A stretch of DNA of 64,000 nucleotides from Octopus sinensis (lineage: Eukaryota). The notes beneath the pieces are model-generated. The model searched no databases and had not been told where the DNA came from. It was given only the letters and a program-made list of their open reading frames with translations. A program made the position numbers and the translations under genes. Every line of letters starts with the position of its first letter. The first letter of the stretch is position 1. This document shows, piece after piece, positions 52,271 through 63,367 of the stretch. The DNA lies in the NCBI RefSeq assembly GCF_006345805.1, contig NC_042997.1, positions 206,460,001 through 206,524,000 on the forward strand. The letters are read 5' to 3'.

Positions 52271-52795
52271 CAGTGGTTCCCAAACTTTTTAGAGTCACGA
52301 CCCACTATTTATCACACCAGTTTATGACGACCCACTTAACTCTACTGAGTAAAAACATTAATGAAATTAACAAATCTATTTCAGATTACATCTTCAGTGA
52401 GGCCTGTGAGAAGGATGAAACAAAACGTTTTATAACTGTTTCAACGTCTCTATACCCTATGTGTAAATATTAACACTAATACAAAACCTTGAAGTAGTAA
52501 CTGTTATCGACTCGATCAGTATTATACTTCACCTAGTTAAAGTTCTCTATAGGTAGGTAAAAACAGACCTTTCCTTTTTACAATTACGTACGAATAGATA
52601 ACTTGAGAAAATGACAACCTCTGATTTGTTAAGTTCGGGAAAAAGCCTACTGCTTGATAAAACAACAAGTCTGGTATTGAAAGCATAAGTCTTGAACTAT
52701 CTCAATAGACAGCAGTTAATCAAAGCTAATGCGTAATTTTATAACTTTTTGCGACCCACTAAGATTCCGTTCGACTCATAGTTTGGGAACCACTG
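52271..52795. mobile_element. hAT-type MITE (525 bp)
   Basis: 16-bp TIR CAGTGGTTCCCAAACT; perfect 8-bp TSD AATTATTA (52263-52270 and 52796-52803). Confidence 0.95.
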
Positions 52796-53073
52796 AATTA
52801 TTACATAACCAAGAAAGAAGAACTTATTCATTATTTCAAAAAAGAAGCAGCACTACTCATAGACATTGGATGAATACACATCAATTCAAAATAAACGATA
52901 TATGAACATAAATGTTCATGGGAAAGACAATCATTGGTCGTTGGGTCTCATTCAGATCCATGGCTCCCTTAATAGCAGGAGAACAGAGTAATTTGTGAGA
53001 GGACATCTTCGTGAATTTGGATTGGATTTGGATATACACATTGTTGGCTGTACGATGGATGGTACTTCTATGA

Positions 53074-53454
53074 TACTCTTTTACTCTCTCTTTTACTTGT
53101 TTCAGTCATTTGACTGCGGCCATGCTGGAGCACCACCTTTAGTCGATCAAATCGACCCTGGGACTTATTCTTTGTAAGCCCAGCACTTATTCTATCGGTC
53201 TCTTTTTGCCGAACCGCTAAGTTACGGGGACGTAAACACACCAGCATCGGTTGTCAAGCAATGCTAGGGGGACAAACACACACATACATACATATATATA
53301 TATATATTCTTTCAGTTTCCGTCTACCAAATCCACTCACAAGGCATTGGTCGGCCCGGGGCTATAGCAGAAGACACTTGCCCAAGATGTCACGCAGTGGG
53401 ACTGAACCCGGAACCATGTGGCTGGTTAGCAAGCTACTTACCACACAGCCACTC
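53074..53454 (-). mobile_element. tRNA-derived octopus SINE inserted in the hAT transposase
   Basis: Minus-strand head AGTGGCTGTGTGG (A-box)...GGTTCAGTCC (B-box); tail (AGAGTAAA)-like. Confidence 0.88.
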
Positions 53455-55139
53455 ATGCGCGTATGAAGGTGAAATTCAGAAAAGAAATAAGACCTGATCA
53501 CCAACAATATCTCACACATTGCATACATCTGTCTGTGATTGACATTCTCTATCAAAGAAATATTGAAAATATTGCCTCAATCGATGAGACTGATAAAAAA
53601 AAGTGAAGAGATCGCTATAACAGACGATAGTGATGATGATGCTCACATGAGCCAACAAGACATACTTTGTCAAACAGATTTGGCTCACAAAAATGCTTGT
53701 TTTCCCCAGCTAAAACCTGAATTTAACAAAGTTTTAAATAAGGTAAGAAAAATTTCAAAACTTTTCCGTAAATCTCCTACAAAAAAAGGAAATTTTGCAA
53801 GATTTTGTACAAGCGAACTTTGATAACAGAGATTATAAACTTATACTGGATTGCAGAACTGGGTGGAATGGCACATTCCATATGATTGAGAGATTTTTGA
53901 AATTGAAAAGCTGCATTCCAAATGCTCTACGAGCAGTATTTTCCACAGATGCTGTAGCTGAAGAAGAATAGAAATCTCTCGATTTACTATATGAAATTCT
54001 GCATCCATAGAAATTATTTTGAAGGTTATTTGCACTGATGATACAGATTAACTGAACCCTTTGGCTCTAAATCTTCGTGAAAGACTTATGCATAGATATA
54101 ATAAGAGAAGAAATGTTAAAACCTTGACTCTCTTGAGGTATTTACATAACCCAAGGAAATTTAAAGGTGAGTCAATTTCTAAATCTTTCTATTTTTTAAC
54201 GAAACAACATTTAAGGAAGTATGCTGAACAAACATATAGGAGATTATTTCCTGAACATGACGCTGAGAACACAACAGAATTATACAAAGAAAATGAAATA
54301 GGAGGGAACCTAAAAACAAGTGTTACTGTTTGTCCCATCTACTTACGAAGGTAATGAACTCATGCGTGAATACAGAAGCACAATGAAGAAAATTAATGAA
54401 GAGCCCAAGATAGTAACAGATGGATTTGAAATCTCTAAAGAATTTGAATATTTTGAAGCAACTTCGAACAGAAGTGAAAAGCTCGAGAAACTTTATAGAA
54501 CATTGCTTACAACTAAAGCAACTATTGTCCAGTTGGAAAGAGCTTTTTCAATTACTGGATTTTTCAACACAAAAATTAGGATAAGTTTGTCAGGTAAAAC
54601 ACTGAATGCATTGTATTTTTTAAAAGATTATTTTCCAAGGAAAGTGAATGAAAGCAAGTCAAGAAACTTGATTGATTCTCAAAAATACGACGACTTGGAC
54701 AAACGTTGCATTCCTGATTAAATAAATCTAATACCATTATTTTTTGTTATTGTTTGTAAATAGATACAGATACAGGCACCATCTCTATACACAAATATAT
54801 ATTAAGAGAAGGGAAGTAGTCAGAATATTGGACATTTACTTATTTAGGGCTGTCATCTCTTTTTGAGAGATTTATGAAGAATTGTTTATTTACAGAAAGT
54901 TCATGCTTTTACACATATGGGGGTTTGTTTACAAAATCTGGAGTTGAATTGGAAAGCAAAGGTTCTTTTTTATTTTGAATCTATGGATGTGTGTGGTGAA
55001 TTTTTAGTGGCTTGGTTGAACAGAAGAAAGGGCAAAAGGAATAGAAAAAGATAAGGAGAAAGGCAGAAAGAAGTGAAAACAAAGGAAGAAAGAAGGAAAA
55101 AGAGAATGAAAGCTTTCCTTGTTTCTTTCTGTATATCAA

Positions 55140-57884
55140 TGTAACGAACTTAGTGTTGTGAATAATTTCTCTTGTACTTTTGGGGTACAAGAAAGCAATC
55201 ACTAGCCGTTGCTTTAATAATCCAGATTCTCTACCAGTCAGAAACAACAAGACGCAGACGTAAAATATATATATACTACTTTATTCTCTAATGTGGTAAG
55301 AGTAACAATAAGTGGTTATCTGGTATCCCTTTGGTATAAATGTGTCAGTGCTGAACCTTATCGCTGTAAAATAAGAAAGTGTTCAAATGCAAAACGACAC
55401 TGGTCAAAGATGGCGTCCGGAACAGGGAGATGTGGTCTGCAACAATTTGGTGAAAACCTTCAGCCGACTGCTATCAGAGCTGGAGAGCGAGAAAATATAC
55501 GTCCGTTGCCTTCGGTCGCTGCTGTCCCAAGTCGTTGGCTGCTGCTGCTAGCGGTCAAACGTTCTACGACCCCCTTGCCTTGGCTAACTACCACGTAGGC
55601 AAAAGGGTCGTGCTTCCGGTGGTTCGCGCATGCCCGAGAGGGCCCTTCCTTTCTGTGCCTTGGTGAAGGCACCAACACTCGCACGCGCGAAATAGAAAAT
55701 GGACGGTGCGCGCGCGCGCACCGTTATAGGATCACTACAAGGCTCCCCTCCAGTGCGTACGCACGAAGGAAACTTATTGTAGTGACTGCAAAACTCAAGG
55801 TGGACACCAGACAACCAAACAGCACACAATATAATAAAATGGCAAAATTTATAACATACACAAGAAATTTACTAAAGGAAAAAGAGAAAAAATACTCAAT
55901 GAGCAAAAATCAAGAGTGCATGCCTGAAAGTGTATACGTCACAAAGTATAAACCCTTCCGCTGAAAGGAGCGGAGGGAAAGCAAAACTCACAGTCAATGA
56001 ACCTAGGCGAAATTAAATCCAACTTCTCTAAAGGTAGTTGATCCTGCAAAAATAGCAGTTAAATCAATTGCTGCAGGAGAGGAAATGGAATTGACAGAAG
56101 CTCGCTAGTAACACAAAAGGCAAAAGTGCAAACATGCTGGTGTGATGCGCGACACAGATAATTTTCTGTTAATTACGTGACCAACAGTGGTCTAACAGGG
56201 AAAAATAATTACGCCTAAACACGGCGCAGCGCATGTGAACATCCAACGTCCTATGAGTCGGGAAAAAAACTAAGCTACTGCAAACGTGTTGCAAAAAACA
56301 AGGCAATACACGTGCGAAGCAAAGGCGCATGAAATGCAATAGTGCTTGCCAGACCGAAAAACAGCAATGAATATGCCAGTGGTTGAGCGATTATATGCCT
56401 CGTTCGTACAGGAACAAAAGTATGACATGCTGGCGCGTTATAATGAACAAACAACCCTCTCTATGTATACGTGACCCCTAGGGTCTATAGAAATGAGGTG
56501 TGTCCACAAAAGGCAAATTTAGCATGGAACAAACAAGCGAGAAAAGCATGTGTGACGTATGTATGTGAGAGAGATAGCATTTAGTGTGTGTACGTGTGTG
56601 CGACAAAAATACATACAAGGTGAAATGCGAGCAAAATATAAAAAAAATACAGTGCATAGAAAAAATGTCTCTCGGGGCTATTCCAGACAAGAGTTAATTT
56701 ACCAGTCTGTAATAGCCTGATGCACAATAGCAGTTCGTTCTGTAACAGAAATGTTGAAATCACAAAATGCAGATGCCGGTTGAACACAATGTGTAGCGGT
56801 TGTAGCTTCGATGCTGTGACAGGTTAACTGGGTACAGAAGAAATGTCGTAGATAGACGGTGCTGTTAATCCTTGGTGTGCATATGCACATAGAGCGTGCA
56901 CGCTAAAGTTCCGCGAGTTGCTATGTACATCTTGGTCGACGGTGTTGAAAGGCGACGGTGGTGGAGGAAAGCGACTGTAGTGGACTTGATACAACATCGT
57001 TCTTAGTGATGATGGCGACGAAGATAGCGACGACGTGAAGTAGAAAGACGACGATGGCGATGACGAAGGTGGAGAAAAGGCATCGAATATATGATGGCGT
57101 CCGTCATCATGGCTGTAGAATAAGAAAGAGGCTCCTTCTACAACTGTTTGTAGTGGCCGGAAACAAATCGTCGAAGGATGATGACTGCGTAGAGTTAAAT
57201 CGTGTTCCGACTTCGCAGAAAAACTGGATTTTTTTTGTTGTTCAGTGATCTCTGGTTTTAGACCAGAATCACGTCGGGGTCACCACTGTAACGAACTTAG
57301 TGTTGTGAATAATTTCTCTTGTACTTTCGGGGTACAAGAAAGCAATCACTAGCCGTTGCTTTAATAATCCAGATTCTCTACCAGTCAGAAACAACAAGAC
57401 GCAGACGTAAAATATATATATACTACTTTATTCTCTAATGTGGTAACAGTAACAATAAGTGGTTATCTGGTATCCCTTTGGTATAAATGTGTCAGTGCTG
57501 AACCTTATCGCTGTAAAATAAGAAAGTGTTCAAATGCAAAACGACACTGGTCAAAGATGGCGTCCGGAACAGGGAGATGTGGTCTGCAACAATTTGGTGA
57601 AAACCTTCGGCCGACTGCTATCAGAGCTGGACAGCGAGAAAATATACGTCCGTCACCTTCGGTCGCTGCTATCCCAAGTCGTTGGCTGCTGCTGCTAGCG
57701 GTCAAACGTTCTACGACCCCCTTGCCTTGGCTAACTACCACGTAGGCAAAAGGGTCGTGCTTCCTTGTTCGCGCATGCGCGAGAGGGCCCTTCCTTTCTG
57801 TGCCTTGGTGAAGGCACCAACACTCGCACGCGTGAAATAGAAAATGGACGGTGCGCGCGTGCGCACCGTTATAGGATTACTACA
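55140..57884 (-). mobile_element. Non-autonomous LTR retrotransposon (2.75 kb)
   Basis: LTRs at 55140-55739 and 57287-57884 with TG...CA ends and roughly a dozen differences by eye. PBS at 57268-57285, PPT GGAGGGGAG at ~55743-55751. No gag or pol recognised. Flanks TCAA/ACAA form an imperfect TSD. Confidence 0.92.
57268..57285 (-). promoter_or_regulatory. Primer binding site complementary to the tRNA-Trp 3' end
   Basis: TGGTGACCCCGACGTGAT, 1 nt from the 5' LTR. Confidence 0.85.
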
Positions 57885-58508
57885 ACAATTATCCAAAATT
57901 CTGATTACCTCTTTTTTCTAAATGCATAAGCTTGTACATCACTTCAAATAAATATATGCATATATATATATATATATATATATAATGGTACGATTCGTTT
58001 ATTTTTGGTAGTAATGACTTTGAAAGTCCCTCCTAGCGTGTGGCATTTATGTGTAATAATGCCCTCTATATAATATATATATATATATATAATTCTATAG
58101 TTCATCTTAATTATATCGTTGTCAAATGTCTTGCGTTAAATATATATTTAATTCTATAGCTCAAATCTCGTTAGATATAGAATAAATGTATTTATAATTT
58201 ATAGCTCTTTATCGCTCACGCTTCTCCCATAGATCAGGAAAAATACCTCTCTCTCAAATTTAGGTATTTATACCTACTAATAACTATTTCTCCCCAAGAA
58301 AGGAATGGCTGCTGGTTTTCGCGGTGCACCCGCCCTCCCACCCCCTCCACCGGTACAGGAAGTCCTAAATTTTCTCATCCTTGTCTCCCTTGTACACTTC
58401 AAAGTCTTATGCCACCCTCACCCCCTACCATAAAAGGTAGTGGTCATTCATTGCAAGATATGTTTAGTGTTGTGTACGCGGTTTGAACTTGAGTTTTATT
58501 GTTTGTCT

Positions 58509-61500
58509 ATGAATCCTGCCAAACGCGAGTTTTCTTTTCAGGTCCATGACGCTACTGGGGCCAATACCACCCACACCCACACCCTCAGGGTTGGCACCCT
58601 CAACGTTGGTACACTGAAAGGCAGATCTGGCGAGATCGTTGAATTGCTTGAACGGAAGTGTGTTGATATATGCTGCATTCAAGAAGTGAGGTGGAGAGGA
58701 GGTTCTGCTAGGTTCCTCACAGGCAAAGGACACAGGTGCAAGATTTTCTGGGCTGGTAATACTGATGGGGTCGGGGGTGTGGGTATGCTTATCGCCGAAA
58801 AATGGGTAGATAAGGTAATCGAGGTAGTCAGAGTATGTGACAGAATACTTAAGATTAGATTAGTGCTCCATCATAGTTTAGCAACTATTATATCGGCCTA
58901 TGCCCCTCAGCCAGGGCTACCTGATGGACAGAAAGACTGTCTCTATGACACCCTACTGCAGACCACCTCATTGACTAACGACAGGGACCTTCTCTTTGTG
59001 GCTGGTGACTTCAATGGGCATGTTGGACGATGTGCTGGAGGCTTCCATGGCGTGCATGGAGGCTACGGTTATGGTTCCCGCAACGAGGAGGGAACCAGGC
59101 TGCTGGAGTTCTGTGATGCGAATAGCCTTATGGTTTGCAACACTAACTTCAGGAAACCGACACCCCACCTGGTCACCTGCTGATCGGGCCGGCATACTAG
59201 TCAAATCAACTACATCCTTGCCAGAAAAAGGGAAAGATGGCTGCTTATAAATGCCAAAACCTTCCCAGGCGAAGAATGTACCCCACAACATAGACTGGTA
59301 GTTAGTGACTTTAGGATCAGGACTAAGAGGACGATTAGAAGACGACCAACATGGAGAAGAAGGGTCTGGAAGCTTAAAGACCCTGCAAATGGACAGAGAT
59401 TTAGAGAATTGTTACTTGAAGCCTTTGACGAAATAGAAGGGGGTATAGCTACACATGGGGTAGAAGACAACTGGACGCTTCTAAGGGACAACCTGCTGAA
59501 AGCCACTGACCAGACCTGTGGCTGGTGCAAAGTCCCCTCAAGACCCAAAATAACGTGGTGGTGGAACAATATTGTTGACAGGGCTATTAGACAAAAGAAA
59601 CAGGTTTGGAAGGACTGGAAAAATTGTGGTAGCAGGGAAGTGTATCAGACTGCCAGAAGGGAAGCTAGGAGGCAGGTGTATTTAGCCAGAGGGGAAGCAG
59701 ATAAGAAAAAAATTGCCAATGTCCTGCGCCGGGAGGATGAAAGACTTGAGGTATTTCGTGTTGCAAGACAGTGTGTGAGAGAGAATCGTGACGTAGTGGG
59801 AGAGAAATGTGTTCGCAAGGATGACGGTTCACTTGCGCTAAATGAGGATGCAAAGAGAGAGGTTTGGAGATGCCACTATGAAAGGTTGCTGAATGAGGAA
59901 AATGAATGGGATAAAGAGAGTCTGCCGAATGTCAACCCAACAGAGGGACCAGCAATCTGAGTTGATAGTTCCTTAGTAGTTAAGGCAATTACAGAAATAA
60001 AAACAGGGAAAGCCCCAGGCCCATCAGGTATTACTGCAGAGATGCTCAAAATATCTGGTAGTGTCGGTTATAGCCTACTCACCCGTATAGTTAACCAGAT
60101 GATACACGAAGGAGTCATACCCAATGACTGGTGTAGCAGCATAATAGTCAGCTGCTACAAAGGTAAAGGTGACGCCCTAGATACAAATAACTACAGGGGT
60201 ATCAAGCTGCTGGATCAGGTAATGAAGGTTATGGAGAGGGTTATAGCCCAACTAATTAGAGAGAGAATTAGCTTAGATGAGATGCAGTTTGGGTTCGTGC
60301 CAGGGAGAAGTACTACTGATGCTATATTCCTGGTAAGACAGCTGCAGGAGAAATACCTAGCCAAAGATAAACCCTTGTACCTGGCTTTTGTTGACATAGA
60401 GAAAGCCTTCGACAGGGTTCCCCGATCCCTTATCTGGTGGTCAATGAGGAAACTAGGGATAGATGAATGGTTAGTTAGAGCTGTGAGAGCCATGTACAGA
60501 GACGCTGCTAGTAAGGTGAGGGTAGGCAACGAGTACAGTGAAGAATTCCGGGTAGAGGTTGGGGTCCACCAAGGTTCAGTCCTCAGCCCCCTCCTATTTA
60601 TCATAGTCCTCCAGGCAATAACGGAGGAATTCAAGACAAGATGCCCCTGGGAGCTCCTCTATGCTGATGACCTTGCTCTAATTGCTGAGTCACTATCAGA
60701 ACTGGAGGAGAAGTTTCAGGTGTGGAAGCAAGGTCTAGAATCGAAGGGCCTCGGAATCAATCTAGCCAAAACCAAAGTCCTAATAAGTAGGAAAGTAGAC
60801 AAGTCACAAACGCCTTCAGGTAGATGGCCCTGCTCGATCTGTAAAAAAGGTGTAGGTAGAAACACTATAAGGTGCACCAAGTGCAAGCTATGGACACATA
60901 AGAGGTGTAGCAATGTCAAAGGAAGGCTAACTAGGAAAATAGTTTTTGTCTGTGGCAGATGCTCAGGAGCAATAAACACTGTAAATGTGCAGAGACCAAC
61001 GTCTACCATGTTCCAGGAAGAAAAACTAGAAGTAGTTGATAGCTTCCGCTACCTAGGTGACCAAGTCAGTAGCGGGGGTGGGTGTGCTGAAAGTGTAATT
61101 GCTAGAGTAAGAATAGCCTGGGCAAAGTTTAGAGAGCTCTTACCCCTGCTGGTGACAAAAGGCCTCTCGCTAAGAGTAAAAGGCAGACTGTATGATGCAT
61201 GTGTACGTACAGTCATGCTACATGGTAGTGAAACATGGGCTGTGACTGCTGAGGATATGCGTAAGCTCGCAAGAAATGAAGCCAGTATGCTCCGATGGAT
61301 GTGTAATGTCAGTGTTCATAATCAACAGAGTGTAAGTACCTTGAGAGAAAAGTTGAACCTAAGAAGCATCAGTTGTGGTGTGCAAGAGAGACGGCTGCGC
61401 TGGTATGGTCATGTGACGAGAATGGGTGAAGATAGTTGTGTGCAAAAGTGCCACACTCTAGCAGTTGAGGGAACCTGTGGAAGAGGTAGACCCAGGAAAA

Positions 61501-61616
61501 CCTGGGACGAGGTGGTGAAGCACGACCTTCGAACTTTAGGTCTCACCAAGGAAATGACTAGAGACTGAGACCTATGGAAGTATGCTGTGCGTGAGAAGAC
61601 CCGGCAAGACCAGTGA
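58509..61616 (+). pseudogene. RTE APE-RT ORF in one frame with 3 premature TGA codons
   Basis: ORFs ending at 59183, 59960 and 61568 are in the same frame; the natural stop is probably TGA at 61614-61616. The start ATG is uncertain. Confidence 0.88.
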
Positions 61617-61689
61617 GAACAGTCAAAATCAAACCAAATCAACATCAGTGGAAATTGCAGCTGTGGTTAAGCGAACCATCCAATCGTTT

Positions 61690-61925
61690 GTCCGTTGCCA
61701 GCACCGCCTGGCTCCCGTGCCGATGGCACGTAAAAGCACCATCCGCTCGTGTCTGTTGCCAGCCTCGCCTGGCCCCCGTGCCGGTAGCACGTAAAAGCAC
61801 CATCCATTCGTGTCCGTTGCCAGCCCCGCCTGGCCCCCGTGCCGGTGGCACGAAAAATCACCATCCATTCGTGGCCGTTTGCCAGCTCTGTCTGGCACCT
61901 GTGCAGGTGGCACGTAAAAAGCACC
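61690..61925 (+). repeat. ~60-bp minisatellite, about 4 units, in the RTE 3' UTR
   Basis: Same unit as 340-1280. Confidence 0.9.
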
Positions 61926-62071
61926 CACTACACTCACGGAGTGGTTGGCGTTAGGAAGGGCAACCAGCCATAGAAACACTGCCAGATCTGACTGGGCCTG
62001 ATGAAGCCTTCCGGCTTCACAGACCCCAGTTAAACCGTCCAACCCATGCTAGCATGGAAAACGGACGCTAA

Positions 62072-62106
<35 letters not shown>

Positions 62107-62112
62107 ATATAT

Positions 62113-62310
62113 ATAACGGGAAGGTTTACGAAAATAAACAAAAGACGAAGGCAGGTGGAATACAAACAAACAATGTATTAGTATGGTGCTCAGGAATAGA
62201 AATAAAACAAGTCTTTTACGTTTCGAGCCTACGCTCTTCGACAGAAAGATACACAGAAAAGAAACAAGGAAAGAAAAAAATTGCGTGTAGGGGCTAACGA
62301 TCCAACATGG
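62113..62310 (-). mobile_element. Short Penelope-type (pseudo-LTR-like) repeat containing a hammerhead fold
   Basis: Flanked by (AT)n; carries GAAGAGCGTAGGCTCGAAACG on the minus strand. The PLE assignment is inferred from the hammerhead. Confidence 0.6.
62212..62249 (-). ncRNA. Minimal type I hammerhead ribozyme fold, variant core
   Basis: UCUUU-CUGUCGA-A-GAGC[GUAG]GCUC-GAAA-C-GUA-AAAGA: 5-bp stem I, 4-bp stem II, ACGU palindromic stem III, GUA triplet. Confidence 0.65.
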
Positions 62311-62666
62311 CGTATATATATATATATATATATATATATCTGAGGCCATCATCATCATCATAATCTTTTAACATCTGTTTTCCATGCCAGAAATGGGTTG
62401 GATGGTTTGATGTCAGTGCTCTTATGTCTGCTTTGGTAGGAGTTCATCATCACACCCACTAGCACCACCATCACAACCATTATCTCACCAACACCCCCAC
62501 TACAACAATTACTAGACTACAGTGCTGTGTTTTATATTTCAATATTTGTTGTCTAAACCCCAAAATTAGTCAAAATATTCCTGCTTTGTTTTTTTTTAAC
62601 TTTCAACAGAAAGGGTTCATAATTTTATTTTAATTCTGAAATATTTGATTTCTATTTGAACTTTAG

Positions 62667-62800
62667 AACCAATCCCAGATACATGGTCACCAATGGAAGA
62701 CGAGGAATTAATTAAAATCGTTCCAGTCACAAAAGGACCAGAATATGATGACATCCAGGCCACTTTCCGTCGGAATTTGCCTTCCTATCGTATAATCAAA
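62667..62800 (+). CDS. PARP14: PARP14/15-like copy B, first catalytic-domain exon (phase 1 to 0)
   Basis: Acceptor TTGAACTTTAG, donor GTTTGT; (E)PIPDTWSPMEDEELIKIVPVTKGPEYDDIQATFRRNLPSYRIIK fits the P..W..M...EY...F start of macro-PARP catalytic domains. Confidence 0.88.
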
Positions 62801-63189
62801 GTTTGTATTTTTACTTCTGTTTATAAACAATATTTGATGGTTTATTGTTAAAACAAAATGTTAAGAGACATTTTCTTTGTATAAAAGACTTAAATCTCAT
62901 AGTATGAACCTATTTTGGGATGGTTTTATGTGTTTTTGGATATTCACAAGAAATCTTTGCTCAACAAAAATACCTCTGCTTTAACTTCTTGCATTGAATT
63001 GTAAATGCAACACCATTTTGCAGCTAAACTATTATGCCTTACCAAAATTTACGGTTGAATCAAAATTGGTATCAAATAAAAAAGAAAAAAACAAGCAGAT
63101 AGGGTTGGGGATTTTCACCACAAACGTTATTTCCTTGTCAAAGAAGAGAATTGATTGTCTTTTCATAAATGTATTTTCCTTTTCTACAG

Positions 63190-63367
63190 ATTGAGAGAAT
63201 TCAAAATAAAACATTGTACCAGGGATACCAATCATTGAAAAGAAAGTTTGAGGCAGAAAATCCAAACATTACAAATGAAGTTGATGGCCTTTGGCATGGT
63301 ACTGCTGAAGGAGCTGTTAAGGGAATAAATAAATCAGGATTCAACCGTAGCTATTGTGGTAGAAATG
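63190..63367 (+). CDS. PARP14: PARP14/15-like copy B, catalytic exon (phase 0 to 1)
   Basis: Acceptor TTTTCCTTTTCTACAG, donor GTAAGT; IERIQNKTLY...LWHGT...GINKSGFNRSYCGRN includes the catalytic His (HGT) and the GFNRSY motif of PARP14/15. Confidence 0.93.

Larger units (their letters stand above)
51900..54700 (+). mobile_element. hAT (hATm-like) transposase pseudogene
   Basis: BED finger (WKFFDR...AQCNKC...GGST), LAAMDGFSFNSIAKS, DEYTSIQNKRYMNINVH, IVGCTMDGTSM, HCIHLSV, LERAFSITG (dimerisation domain); many frameshifts. TIRs not located. Confidence 0.85.
58250..62105 (+). mobile_element. Near full-length RTE LINE
   Basis: APE (GTLNVG, CIQE, VAGDFNGH), RT (QFGF, AFVDIEKAFD, LYADD), Cys-rich finger, RLRWYGH; 3' UTR with minisatellite and (GAT)n tail. 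The 5' boundary is approximate. Confidence 0.95.

Noticed and set aside
53074-53454. tRNA gene
   Set aside because: Only A/B-box-like head sequence continuing into a SINE body; no cloverleaf or terminator.
55293-55598. Duplicated 101-aa ORF (also 57440-57745)
   Set aside because: It lies within the LTRs; the duplication is explained by LTR identity and there is no recognisable protein similarity.
61960-62020. Possible hammerhead in the RTE tail (GAAAC...CTGATGAAGCC)
   Set aside because: No GUH triplet pairs with GAAAC, no valid stems I/III, and CTGATGA is not conserved in other tail copies (e.g. 22410 reads CCTGGTGCA).
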